A stretch of DNA of 64,000 nucleotides from an uncultured Clostridia bacterium (GCA_947383835.1 CANDEV010000004.1:126506-190505); one strand, 5' to 3'; counted from the first letter of the stretch, positions 1 to 9,191 are shown. Program-made: numbers and translations. Notes: generated from the letters alone by a model not told the origin.

Positions 1-648
1 AAAACCACGGTCGTCAAGCTTCTTTGCGGGCTTTACGACCCTACCGAGGGAGAAATTTTAGTGGACGGTATCCCAGTGAACGAATACAACCGCGAGGAAT
101 ATTTTACCCTTTTCTCGGCTGTATTTCAGGACATTTCCGTATTTTCCGCAACTATCGGCGAGAACATCACAGGCAGCGAAAATTACGACAACGAAAGGCT
201 TGTGCAGTGCCTGAAAAATGCGGGAGTTTACGAAAAGACGGAAAGCCTGCCGAACAAGGAAAACACTCATCTTATAAGGGGCACTTATAAGGACTCCATA
301 GATCTTTCGGGCGGTGAGACCCAAAAGATCGCCCTTGCAAAGGCGCTGTACAAAAACGCTCCCATGCTTATTCTGGACGAACCTACCGCCGCACTCGATC
401 CTATCGCGGAGCAGGAAATGTATCTTAATTACACCAAATTTTCCGAGGGGAAATCCAGTCTCTTTATTTCCCACAGGCTTGCTTCGACGCGGTTCTGCGA
501 CAGGATAATCCTGCTTGCGGACGGTGATATTGCCGAGTGCGGAACGCATTCGGAGCTTATGGCGAAAAACGGAAAATACGCAGAGCTTTTCGAGCTTCAG
601 AGCAGCTACTACAATGACGAAAAGGTGCAGAGGGAGGAAGATTTATGA
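1..648 (+). CDS. ABC exporter subunit, 5'-truncated at window edge (C-terminal ATP-binding domain)
   Basis: Frame 1 is open from base 1 (KTTVVKLLCGLYDPTEGEI...). ABC signature LSGGETQKIALAKAL, Walker B MLILDEPTAALD, H-loop ISHRL. Stop overlaps the next start (ATGA at 645-648). Confidence 0.9.
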   Translation, partial: KTTVVKLLCGLYDPTEGEILVDGIPVNEYNREEYFTLFSAVFQDISVFSATIGENITGSENYDNERLVQCLKNAGVYEKTESLPNKENTHLIRGTYKDSIDLSGGETQKIALAKALYKNAPMLILDEPTAALDPIAEQEMYLNYTKFSEGKSSLFISHRLASTRFCDRIILLADGDIAECGTHSELMAKNGKYAELFELQSSYYNDEKVQREEDL

Positions 649-2531
649 GCGAGGAAAAAAAGCTTACCTTTAAGGAAAAAATCGCCAACATAAAACGCAC
701 GGTGAATATGGTAAATACCGCAGATCCGGGAAGCTTGACCCGCGCGCTGGCAAAGAATATACCACAGATCATAAACTTTTATGCCGGAGTTTATCTTGCA
801 AGCCTTGTAATAGACGGCGTTACTGCCGCAAAGCCTGTGTCTTGGCTGCTTATGGCGGCACTGATAGTTTGCGTGGTGGAGCTTGTTTCATTTTTGATAA
901 GCAGGGTAATCTGCGTAAAGCAAAACTGCCATGAATTTACTTTAAAGGAAAATCTTAACAAGCTTTTGTGGAAGAAAACCCTTACTCTCGATTACTCCAA
1001 GGCTGAAAGTATAGATACCAGAAATAAATATCAAACTGCCCATAACTATATTGACGAGCAAGGCATTACGTACCAGATAGAGCTTATTTCACGGACAATA
1101 AGCGCGCTTTTCAACCTTATTGTGGGAATTGTGATGATCGCTCCTATCGCATTTTCAAAGCCTGTGTCGGCAGTTGGCTTTATCGGATTTATTCAGTCGG
1201 GGTGGGGCTTTGCGGCGGTCATTGCAATTGCCGCGCTGATAATTTCCGTCAACTCCTTTGTGATAATTCCCGCTTCGCTGAAGGACTTCCACAAATTCAA
1301 CACCGATGAAAGACTGCACGAGCTTAACAGAGTGGGGCAGAACGTTTTCTCACGCTGCGTTTACAACTACCGAACGGGAAAAGAGATACGGATTTACAAA
1401 GAGCAGGAGCTTATGCTCAGCAAGTACGACTACGTCCAAAAGGAATTTGTCAAGGGCTGGGGAATAACCTTGAAAAAGGGAAACAGATACATCTTAATAA
1501 TAAACTGCCTTAACGCTCTGCTGACATTTTTAATTTACGGCTTTGCGATAGTCAGAGCGGCAAGCGGCATGATAAGTCCCGGCGAGGTTATCGCGTTCGC
1601 AATGTATTTCGGCAGCATAAGAGGCGGACTTGACAACATTTCCAACGATCTTTCCAACCTGTTTGAAAGGACGGAGTACTGCCGCTCGGTGTTTGATTTC
1701 CTTGATATTCCCGACGAAAAATACAAAGGGTCTATACCAACCGAAAAGCGTGACGACAACGAGTACGAATTTGAATTTAAGCACGTTTATTTTAAGTACC
1801 CCGACACCGAGGAGTACGTCTTGAAGGACATAAATTTAAAATGGCGCATAGGTGAAAAAATGGCTCTTGTGGGACGGAACGGTTCGGGAAAATCCACGCT
1901 GGTAAAGCTTCTTTGCAGGCTCTACGACCCTACCGAGGGTGAAATTTTGCTGAACGGCATTGACATTCGCAAGTACAGTACAAAGGATTATACCGACCTG
2001 TTTTCCGTGGTATTTCAGGACTCGGCGCTGTTCGCCTTTTCAATCGGCGAGAACGTTGCGGTGGATACAGAATACGACAGAGAGCTTGCGGAGGAATGCG
2101 TCCGCAAGGCGGGATTTTCCGAGCGCTTCGATGACTGTCCCGACGGTCTGGATACCTGTCTGTACAAGGATTTTGACAGCAGAGGCGTGGAAATATCCGG
2201 CGGCGAGGCGCAGAAGCTTTGCCTTGCCCGCGCCGTATACAAGGGTGCGCCCTTTATCGTTCTTGATGAGCCTACGGCGGCTCTCGACCCTATTTCGGAG
2301 TACGATATTTACACTAAATTCAACTCAATTGTAGGTACGAGGACGGCTGTGTATATATCCCACAGGCTTTCCTCCTGCCGCTTCTGCGACGATATAACAG
2401 TACTGGACAAAGGAGAGATCGCCCAGCGCGGCAGCCATGACAAGCTTGTTTCAAGCGAAGGCGTTTATGCCGATATGTGGCGCGCACAAGCCGAATACTA
2501 CAAGGATACGGCGAAAGAATTGTTTCTATAA
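645..2531 (+). CDS. ABC exporter subunit, fused permease + ATP-binding domain (probable heterodimer partner of the upstream gene)
   Basis: 628 aa. Hydrophobic N-terminal half, then Walker A GRNGSGKST, signature ISGGEAQKLCLARAV, Walker B FIVLDEPTAALD. Translationally coupled to the upstream ABC gene. Confidence 0.9.
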   Translation: MSEEKKLTFKEKIANIKRTVNMVNTADPGSLTRALAKNIPQIINFYAGVYLASLVIDGVTAAKPVSWLLMAALIVCVVELVSFLISRVICVKQNCHEFTLKENLNKLLWKKTLTLDYSKAESIDTRNKYQTAHNYIDEQGITYQIELISRTISALFNLIVGIVMIAPIAFSKPVSAVGFIGFIQSGWGFAAVIAIAALIISVNSFVIIPASLKDFHKFNTDERLHELNRVGQNVFSRCVYNYRTGKEIRIYKEQELMLSKYDYVQKEFVKGWGITLKKGNRYILIINCLNALLTFLIYGFAIVRAASGMISPGEVIAFAMYFGSIRGGLDNISNDLSNLFERTEYCRSVFDFLDIPDEKYKGSIPTEKRDDNEYEFEFKHVYFKYPDTEEYVLKDINLKWRIGEKMALVGRNGSGKSTLVKLLCRLYDPTEGEILLNGIDIRKYSTKDYTDLFSVVFQDSALFAFSIGENVAVDTEYDRELAEECVRKAGFSERFDDCPDGLDTCLYKDFDSRGVEISGGEAQKLCLARAVYKGAPFIVLDEPTAALDPISEYDIYTKFNSIVGTRTAVYISHRLSSCRFCDDITVLDKGEIAQRGSHDKLVSSEGVYADMWRAQAEYYKDTAKELFL

Positions 2532-2538
2532 AAAGTTT

Positions 2539-2568
2539 GCGGACGCTGCTTAAAACAGCGTCCGCTTT
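2539..2568. terminator. Bidirectional rho-independent terminator between convergent genes
   Basis: GCGGACGCTG-loop-CAGCGTCCGC hairpin flanked by an A-run upstream and TTTG downstream. Confidence 0.7.
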
Positions 2569-2615
2569 GCAATGTTATCTTGCTTATAGCTATGAAGAAT
2601 TTTAAGAGGATTTTT

Positions 2616-3566
2616 TTAAAGATATTTTACAAGCTCGTCTATAACCGGACTTATCCATTCGTCAGAAAGTCCGAAATCCTTTTGCTTGTAATTCCACGCG
2701 CAGCGGGAGATACCGAACCGTTCAAACGCGCTGTTTATGACCTTGTACCATTTCAGAACGTCCTGCGGTTTTGCCTTGTCGATAACGCCGTATTCTCCGC
2801 AGTAAAGAGCGGCATTGTATTTTTCGGCGGTTTTTAATGCTGCCGAAAATCTTCCCGCAAAATATTCGGCGGAGACTTCATTTTCGTCAAAGCTTTTTCT
2901 GAATGAGGGATCCATTGCGTCTACCCACTCAGCGCCCTGATGTGTGAAATCAAACGGGTCGTAGCAGTGGAATGACAGAACTACCTTGTCATCGTAAGGC
3001 TTTACAATGTCAGGCAGCGCGTCCGGACTGTTCTGCCAGTATCCGCCTACAACAATGATCGTGTCGGGAGCGTGCTTCCTTATCTTTTCAATGCATTTGT
3101 AAATAATGCCGTTCCAAACGTCGCTGTAGCCTTGATCGGTGACCTCGTTCAAAAGCTCGAAAGCGACCCTTTCGCTGTATTTTCCGTAACGCTCCGCAAG
3201 CCTTTCCCACAGCTTGTAAAAGCGTTCCTGCAAAGCCTCGCTTTCAAAAAAGCCGCTTTCCCGCTCCCCCTTGTCAAAGGAGAAGCCTGCCGTTTTATGC
3301 AGATCGAGAACAAGATCAAGTCCGAACTCGCCGCACCAGTTTATCGCGTTGTCGATGTACTTATATCCGCTCTCAATGATATTACCGTCTCTGTCCTCAA
3401 TAAGGTTGTAGTCAATGGGGAGGCGTACATGATCAAGTCCCCAGCCGGCGATTTTTTCAATATCCGCCTTGCCGATAAAGCTGTCGTAATGAGCTGTCTC
3501 ATGGCTGCACTGTGAAAGCCAGCCGCCGAGATCGACTCCTTTTTTATAGCCGTCAAATGTTTTCAT
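2616..3566 (-). CDS. Glycoside hydrolase family 5 protein, cytoplasmic (no signal peptide)
   Basis: GH5 acid/base motif FELLNEV and nucleophile motif YCGEYGV. Start moved to the ATG at 3566 (MKTFDGY), preceded by GAAAGGA. Confidence 0.85.
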   Translation of the reverse strand: MKTFDGYKKGVDLGGWLSQCSHETAHYDSFIGKADIEKIAGWGLDHVRLPIDYNLIEDRDGNIIESGYKYIDNAINWCGEFGLDLVLDLHKTAGFSFDKGERESGFFESEALQERFYKLWERLAERYGKYSERVAFELLNEVTDQGYSDVWNGIIYKCIEKIRKHAPDTIIVVGGYWQNSPDALPDIVKPYDDKVVLSFHCYDPFDFTHQGAEWVDAMDPSFRKSFDENEVSAEYFAGRFSAALKTAEKYNAALYCGEYGVIDKAKPQDVLKWYKVINSAFERFGISRCAWNYKQKDFGLSDEWISPVIDELVKYL

Positions 3567-3711
3567 ATTGCATTTTCCTTTCGCAGATTTTTTATGCAAT
3601 TATTATAGATTTTTTTTGAGGCAAAATATATAAAATTTGTTTGCTGATTATAATATTTGTTAAGGAACTGCCTGCGAAGGTGCAGACAGTTCCCACGAAA
3701 GAAAATTACTG

Positions 3712-5127
3712 TTAATTAGAAAATTCTTCCTGAATTTTAGTGTTGGTCTCATCAACGGATATCTGTGCGAGACCGCTTATTGACTCTCTTGTAACAGCCC
3801 AGTCAGTACCGTTGAAGGAAGCCTGCTTTAAGCCGTCGTCAACAGCGTTTGCAACGTCGCTTGTAAGTCCCATATGGATATTTATAACAGGGTTCTCGTC
3901 TGTAAGCTCACGAACCTTGTACCACATCTCGACCATTTCATCAGTCCAGCCGTAGTCTGTGCGGTACTGCTTTTCCTCAATTGCGAGAGCGTTCTCGTCC
4001 TTTGCGGAAATAAGCTTGCACTTCATGAATGCGGCAGCTCCCTCGGGGTTAGGCGCACCCTTGCAGAGTACGTATGCGTCCATGCTTGCGGGGAGGTAGT
4101 ACTTGTCAGCTTCGGGATCCTTAGGCATCGGCACGAACATTATCTCGTCAAGAGCGCCGTATGCTGAAAGGTCTGCTTCCCATAATGCCCATGTGCCGAT
4201 AGGGTAGAACAGGGTCTTGCCTTCGCTCATTCTCTGGGGCTGCTCCGTCCAGTTATATTCAGCCTTGGGCAGAGGCAGATCATTCTTTTTCAGATCGTAC
4301 ATAAAGTTTTCGGCACGTTCGATCTCAGCGGTCGTAAGGTTGCTCTTCAGCAATCCGTTTTCCGTGCTTATAGGCGCAACGCCTGTTGTCAGCAGAAGAT
4401 TTAACTCAAAGTACCAGCTGTCGTATGCGAATTTATCCTGTTCGCGGTCGCAGTATTCAACGCACATTTTTCTGAACGCGTTCCAGTCCCACGCATTGTT
4501 TGCAAGCAGCTCGGCAGGGTCGTCAAGAGCGTTTTCTTCAATGGTTTTCTTGTTGTATATCATTATGCACTTTGAGTCGGTGGTTGTTGCTACAAGGTAA
4601 TGCTTTCCGCCCATAGTGTGAACGTCGGAAAGTTTTTTCGCGCCCTCTGTCCAAAGATCGGCGTCGTTGAAATCAAGGTAATCGTCCCAAGCTTCAAACA
4701 TACCGTTAAGAACGCGCTCGGGGAATGTGTCGCCCTCCTGACCGGGGAAGATGTCGGGAGAAGTACCGCCGAGAACCAGCGTGGAGAGGTCGTTGAAGCG
4801 GTTTTCGTAAACAGTGGGGATAAATTCGATCTTTCCGCCGTAGTTGTTTTCAAAAAGCTCCAGAGCGGCAAGCTTCGGCTTGTTGTCCTCGGGATTGATG
4901 TCGTACCACGAAAGCCATTTTACAGTGCCGTTTTCAAGCTTTTCCGCATCACTCATGTCGATCTGTTCAACGGCAGCCTTGTCAGCCTCGTCAAGCTCCT
5001 TGGGAGCGGTGGATACTGTGGTAGATTCGCTTACGCCCGCGCTTCCGCCGTCGTCCGAGCAGGCAGCCATTGTTCCCATAAGGGTAAGAGCCGATACAAA
5101 TGCGATTGTTCTCTTTAAATTTTTCAT
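3712..5127 (-). CDS. Extracellular sugar-binding lipoprotein (ABC solute-binding family 1), with no adjacent permease genes
   Basis: 471 aa. Signal peptide plus lipobox (LMGTMAAC), Ser/Thr-rich linker, and length and composition typical of sugar SBPs. Confidence 0.8.
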   Translation of the reverse strand: MKNLKRTIAFVSALTLMGTMAACSDDGGSAGVSESTTVSTAPKELDEADKAAVEQIDMSDAEKLENGTVKWLSWYDINPEDNKPKLAALELFENNYGGKIEFIPTVYENRFNDLSTLVLGGTSPDIFPGQEGDTFPERVLNGMFEAWDDYLDFNDADLWTEGAKKLSDVHTMGGKHYLVATTTDSKCIMIYNKKTIEENALDDPAELLANNAWDWNAFRKMCVEYCDREQDKFAYDSWYFELNLLLTTGVAPISTENGLLKSNLTTAEIERAENFMYDLKKNDLPLPKAEYNWTEQPQRMSEGKTLFYPIGTWALWEADLSAYGALDEIMFVPMPKDPEADKYYLPASMDAYVLCKGAPNPEGAAAFMKCKLISAKDENALAIEEKQYRTDYGWTDEMVEMWYKVRELTDENPVINIHMGLTSDVANAVDDGLKQASFNGTDWAVTRESISGLAQISVDETNTKIQEEFSN

Positions 5128-5323
5128 ATGAATATCCTCCTAACAAATTTTTTATATAATATTTCGATTATTGGGTTTGTTCCTGTGCTTATAATATACC
5201 ATAGCTGCGGTGAGAAAAATACTATTTTTTTGTTTTTTATATCAAAATTTTGTTGCAATTTTCTTTTGTATGCTGTATAATAATATTGCGGATCGATACC
5301 ATAAAGAAAGGAGCAGTAATGCT

Positions 5324-6088
5324 ATGCCCCAGTCCGAAAAGGAGCTTACATACAGAGCCTTTATGAACAGGGAGTACGAATTTAAGCACTCTCCCTTTGA
5401 AAAGGAATTTGAATTTTATGACTGCGTTAAAAGCGGTGATACAGAGCGTGTTAAAAAGCTTATGACACCTCTCGGTTCCGGCGGTGCGGGAAAGCTTTCA
5501 GACGATTCGCTGCGAAATCTCAAATACCACTTTACCGTCACTATCGCACTCATAACCCGCTTTTGCGTTGAGGGCGGTCTGGAAATGGAAACAGCTTACA
5601 CCCTAAGCGACCTCTATATATTAAAAATGGACAAATGCCAAAGCGAGGTGGACGTACATAAGCTGCACAGCGAAGCGGTGCTGGATTTTACCGAGCAGAT
5701 GAAATTTGTCTCCCGCGGTACAGTCTACTCAAAGCCTGTTATACTTACTATGGACTATATCTATGACAATCTTCATTCTAAAATTTCCGTATATGATATT
5801 GCTGAACAGGTGTCTTTGAGCGAGTCATATCTGTCAAGACTTTTTCACAGCGAGGTCGGCGTTACCATAAGCACCTACATTGCGGTAAAAAGGGTGGAAA
5901 CGGCGCAGAATATGCTGAAATATTCCGATTATTCCCCCGTTGACATCGGAAACTATCTTGCGTTTAACTCCCACAGCCATTTTATCAGCACCTTTAAAAA
6001 GTATACGGGCATGACGCCAAATGAATTCCGAAAAAAATATTATCGTTCAAACTGGAGCACGGACAGAAAAAATAGGTCAAAAAACTGA
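5324..6088 (+). CDS. AraC family transcriptional regulator
   Basis: C-terminal double HTH (SESYLSRLFHSEVGVTISTYI...HFISTFKKYTGMTPNEFRK). Start set at the ATG at 5324, preceded by AAAGGAG. Confidence 0.85.
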   Translation: MPQSEKELTYRAFMNREYEFKHSPFEKEFEFYDCVKSGDTERVKKLMTPLGSGGAGKLSDDSLRNLKYHFTVTIALITRFCVEGGLEMETAYTLSDLYILKMDKCQSEVDVHKLHSEAVLDFTEQMKFVSRGTVYSKPVILTMDYIYDNLHSKISVYDIAEQVSLSESYLSRLFHSEVGVTISTYIAVKRVETAQNMLKYSDYSPVDIGNYLAFNSHSHFISTFKKYTGMTPNEFRKKYYRSNWSTDRKNRSKN

Positions 6089-6157
6089 TATTTGCAGCAA
6101 AATAATGATATACACCGCAGAAGTAAAGCCGTATAATAAGTGCATAAATGAAAACTA

Positions 6158-6335
6158 AGAACCTGTCTTCACAAGATGTGTGTGCGGATTTTTGGCAAGA
6201 TTTTGCTGAAATCAAGGCAAAAATCCGCAAAAGCTTTGGCTTTTTGCATACATCGCGTATGGCAAGGATTTTTAACGCGGAGTTCGGCAAAAGATTGTCG
6301 AAAAGACGTGCATACAGCTTGTGAAGACAGGTTCT
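6158..6335. repeat. Family B structured repeat, copy 1 (inverted relative to copies 2 and 3)
   Basis: Perfect 18-bp terminal inverted repeat AGAACCTGTCTTCACAAG / CTTGTGAAGACAGGTTCT. The interior matches 41728-41916 and 57086-57248. Confidence 0.85.
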
Positions 6336-6356
6336 GATTTTACGGAGGTAATTTTT

Positions 6357-7139
6357 ATGAAAAAAATCTTATCTTTAGCGGTCTCGGCGATATTATGCAC
6401 GGCTATGCTTTGCTCCTGCGGCGAAAAAGGAGCGGAAAGCAATATGGGCGAAGTAACAAGCGTTACCCAAAACCCCGCAGAGACGGGTCTGCTTAATGTT
6501 GACTTAAAGAACGGAGCTTCCGAATTTTTTGAGGCTGCGGACGGCTGGTGCAACGGCAGTATGTTCAACGTAACATGGCGTAAGGATAACTGTACCTTTG
6601 AAAACGGCAAAATGCAGCTTATTATCGACGCCGACAAAAGCGCGGCGAAAACTGTGCCGTATTCCGGCGGAGAGTACCGTTCAAAGGATTTTTACGGCTA
6701 CGGACGGTATGAGGTTTCAATGAAAGCAATAAAAAACGATGGCGTAGTGTCCTCATTTTTCACTTACACGGGTCCCTCCGACGGCAATCCATGGGACGAG
6801 ATCGACGTTGAGATCCTCGGCAAGGATACCACGAAGGTGCAGTTTAATTATTTCACAAACGGCGTAGGTAATCATGAGTACCTCCACGATTTGGGCTTCG
6901 ACGCTTCGGAGGATTTCCACAAATATGCTATAGAGTGGCACAAGGACAAAATAGTCTGGTTCGTGGACGGTGAAGAAGTATATTCGGTGACTGAGAACAT
7001 TCCCGTGACAAAAAGCAAGATAATGATGAACGCATGGTGCGGAACAGGCGTAGATAGCTGGCTGAACGCCTTTGACGACAGCAAAATGCCGCTTATTGCA
7101 GAGTATGAGAGCATTTCATTTACGGCGTTTGACGAATGA
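6357..7139 (+). CDS. GH16 beta-glucanase (lichenase-like) lipoprotein
   Basis: GH16 catalytic motif WDEIDVEILG. Lipobox LCSCG. GGAGG lies 8 nt before the ATG at 6357. Confidence 0.85.
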   Translation: MKKILSLAVSAILCTAMLCSCGEKGAESNMGEVTSVTQNPAETGLLNVDLKNGASEFFEAADGWCNGSMFNVTWRKDNCTFENGKMQLIIDADKSAAKTVPYSGGEYRSKDFYGYGRYEVSMKAIKNDGVVSSFFTYTGPSDGNPWDEIDVEILGKDTTKVQFNYFTNGVGNHEYLHDLGFDASEDFHKYAIEWHKDKIVWFVDGEEVYSVTENIPVTKSKIMMNAWCGTGVDSWLNAFDDSKMPLIAEYESISFTAFDE

Positions 7140-7162
7140 GCCTATATGTATTCTCTGTGTAA

Positions 7163-7265
7163 TATTAATTTGCTCCTAAAAGCGTAGGTAAAAAATCTGC
7201 ACAAAAATCATATATGCAAATTTTTGCTTGATTTTTTACACGCTTTTTAGTCGCAAATTAGTATA
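7163..7265. repeat. Family A palindromic repeat, copy 1
   Basis: Termini TATTAATTTGC...GCAAATTAGTA. The arms are imperfect inverted copies. Near-identical to 15429-15530 and 47172-47270. Confidence 0.85.
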
Positions 7266-7301
7266 AGCAAGCCTCTTTGACAAGGAGGCTTGCTTTGTTT
7301 T
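7266..7301 (+). terminator. Rho-independent terminator of the GH16 gene
   Basis: AGCAAGCCTC-9 nt-GAGGCTTGCT followed by TTGTTTT. Confidence 0.75.
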
Positions 7302-7476
7302 GCTCTGAAAACTTCAAAATAAAGCTATGCAGTAAGTTTATGAATAAAATTAACTGTTTGTACAAAATATATCCGGTTGACAATTGGGTAAATTTGAGTT
7401 ATAATATGTATATGATACTCACATTCTGTATAAAAACGCAGCGTAAAAGTTGAAACTTTTAGGGGAGATGATACAA

Positions 7477-9150
7477 ATGGGTAAAAGCATAGGTCAGGCA
7501 ATGGCTGATTTTGTAGGTACAAATGATAATATGTGCGTGTTTGTTTATGATTATAACGACGATACCTATGAAATTTCACCTATAGGCAAAATAGGCGTTC
7601 TTTTCAGCAACGCTTCCAATCCTCTTGTTCAGCTTTGCGAAAATGAAAAAATACACCCTGCCGACAGTGTAATGGTCACTGCGTTTTGCCGCGATCTTTT
7701 AAATTTAAAAAACGGAAAGGTCCCCGATGACAGGTTTGCTGTAAATTTCAGGATAGACCTGTCCGAAACGGACGAACCGCTTTATAAATGGGCTACGATT
7801 ACCGTTATTATTAAGACAGAAAACGAAGCGCCGTCATATATAGTAGGTCATATACGCCTTATGAACAGCGCGGAGCTTCAGAAAAAGCTTGCTCTGGACA
7901 GCTTTACAAACGATAAGCACCCCAACGTGTTCAATTCATGTGCGGTGAACGCGCTGAAAAACAGCGGCGATAAAAATGCCGCAGTAGTGCAGTTCGATAT
8001 AAAGCAGTTCAAGCTTATAAATGCCAAGCACGGCGAGAAGCTTGGCACCGAAATACTGAATTACATAAGCGAGGGTCTGGATTCGATATGCGGCAGCGAC
8101 AAGCCCCACATAAGGCTCTCGGCGGACGTTTTTACGGTGGTTGTTACCTATGACGACAGGGGTGAGCTTGAAAAATTTATTGAAAATATAAAGGAGCGGC
8201 TAAGCTGCTACGGAGATATAAAATATAAGCTTGTTTTCGGCATTTTTGAGGTTGCCGACAAGAGTATACCTGTGCGGCATATGGGCGACAGGGCGGCTAT
8301 CGCACGTCAGGGTATAAAAAATAACGCACTGTGCGACGTGGGCTACTACACCGAAAATCAGAAGGACACCCTTTTGAACCGCAAATTTATCGAGGACAGA
8401 ATGTACTACGCTCTTGAGCATAACGAATTTGTGATGTATTTGCAGCCTAAGTACAGTATTGATTCACCCCATATCGTGGGCGCGGAGGCGCTGGTGCGGT
8501 GGATACACCCCGAAAACGGCATCATCTCTCCCGCGGATTTTATCCCCATATTTGAAAAGGACGGCTTTATTATCAAGGTTGACGAATATATGTGGGAGCA
8601 GGCTGCAATTACAATAAAAAGCTGGATAGACGCGGGTCTGGAGCCGCTGCCGATATCGGTAAACATATCGCGTGTTCACCTAAGCGACGACAGGTTTGTA
8701 AAAATTCTGGACGGTATCGTAGCTAAATATGATATCCCCAAAAAATATCTTGAAGCGGAAATAACGGAATCTGTTGAGAACGACCATTCGGGCGATATGA
8801 TAAAGAAGCTGAAGGAAAGCGGTTATACTCTGCTTATGGACGATTTCGGGTCGGGGTACTCCTCTCTGAATATGCTGAAAAGCACACCCTTTGACGTTAT
8901 CAAGATCGATAAGGACTTTTTCAGCGAGTTCATGCTCTCCGACAGGGGAAAGAAGATAATCTCCCACACAATTTCAATGTCCAAGGATATCGGTCTGGAG
9001 CTTGTCGCCGAGGGCGTTGAAACAAAGGAGCAGGCGCAGTTCCTCTACGACAGCGGATGCAGAGTTGCACAGGGCTTTTACTACTCAAAGCCCGTAACCG
9101 TTGACGAATTCAACAGGATAGCCTATGGAGACGCTTTTATCAAGAGATAA
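7477..9150 (+). CDS. c-di-GMP phosphodiesterase with a degenerate GGDEF domain and an intact EAL domain
   Basis: EAL motifs EALVRW and DDFGSGYSSL. The GGDEF position reads RLSADVF. The start is ambiguous between 7468 and 7477; AGGGGAG lies upstream. Confidence 0.85.
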   Translation: MGKSIGQAMADFVGTNDNMCVFVYDYNDDTYEISPIGKIGVLFSNASNPLVQLCENEKIHPADSVMVTAFCRDLLNLKNGKVPDDRFAVNFRIDLSETDEPLYKWATITVIIKTENEAPSYIVGHIRLMNSAELQKKLALDSFTNDKHPNVFNSCAVNALKNSGDKNAAVVQFDIKQFKLINAKHGEKLGTEILNYISEGLDSICGSDKPHIRLSADVFTVVVTYDDRGELEKFIENIKERLSCYGDIKYKLVFGIFEVADKSIPVRHMGDRAAIARQGIKNNALCDVGYYTENQKDTLLNRKFIEDRMYYALEHNEFVMYLQPKYSIDSPHIVGAEALVRWIHPENGIISPADFIPIFEKDGFIIKVDEYMWEQAAITIKSWIDAGLEPLPISVNISRVHLSDDRFVKILDGIVAKYDIPKKYLEAEITESVENDHSGDMIKKLKESGYTLLMDDFGSGYSSLNMLKSTPFDVIKIDKDFFSEFMLSDRGKKIISHTISMSKDIGLELVAEGVETKEQAQFLYDSGCRVAQGFYYSKPVTVDEFNRIAYGDAFIKR

Positions 9151-9156
9151 AAAATT

Positions 9157-9186
9157 GCAGCGGTACAATTGTATCGCTGCTTTTTT
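9157..9186. terminator. Rho-independent terminator between convergent genes
   Basis: GCAGCGGTAC-AATT-GTATCGCTGC followed by TTTTTT. Confidence 0.7.
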
Positions 9187-9191
9187 GCACA

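Noticed and set aside
5994-6290. ORFs reading through Family B repeats (5994-6290, 41674-41919, 41749-42246, 41799-42053) that share a ...QKSAH(T/I)SCE(D/E)RF peptide
   Set aside because: The shared peptide reflects DNA conservation of the repeat terminus. Upstream of it the copies are in different frames because of indels, starts are not conserved and there is no RBS. The element is treated as non-coding.
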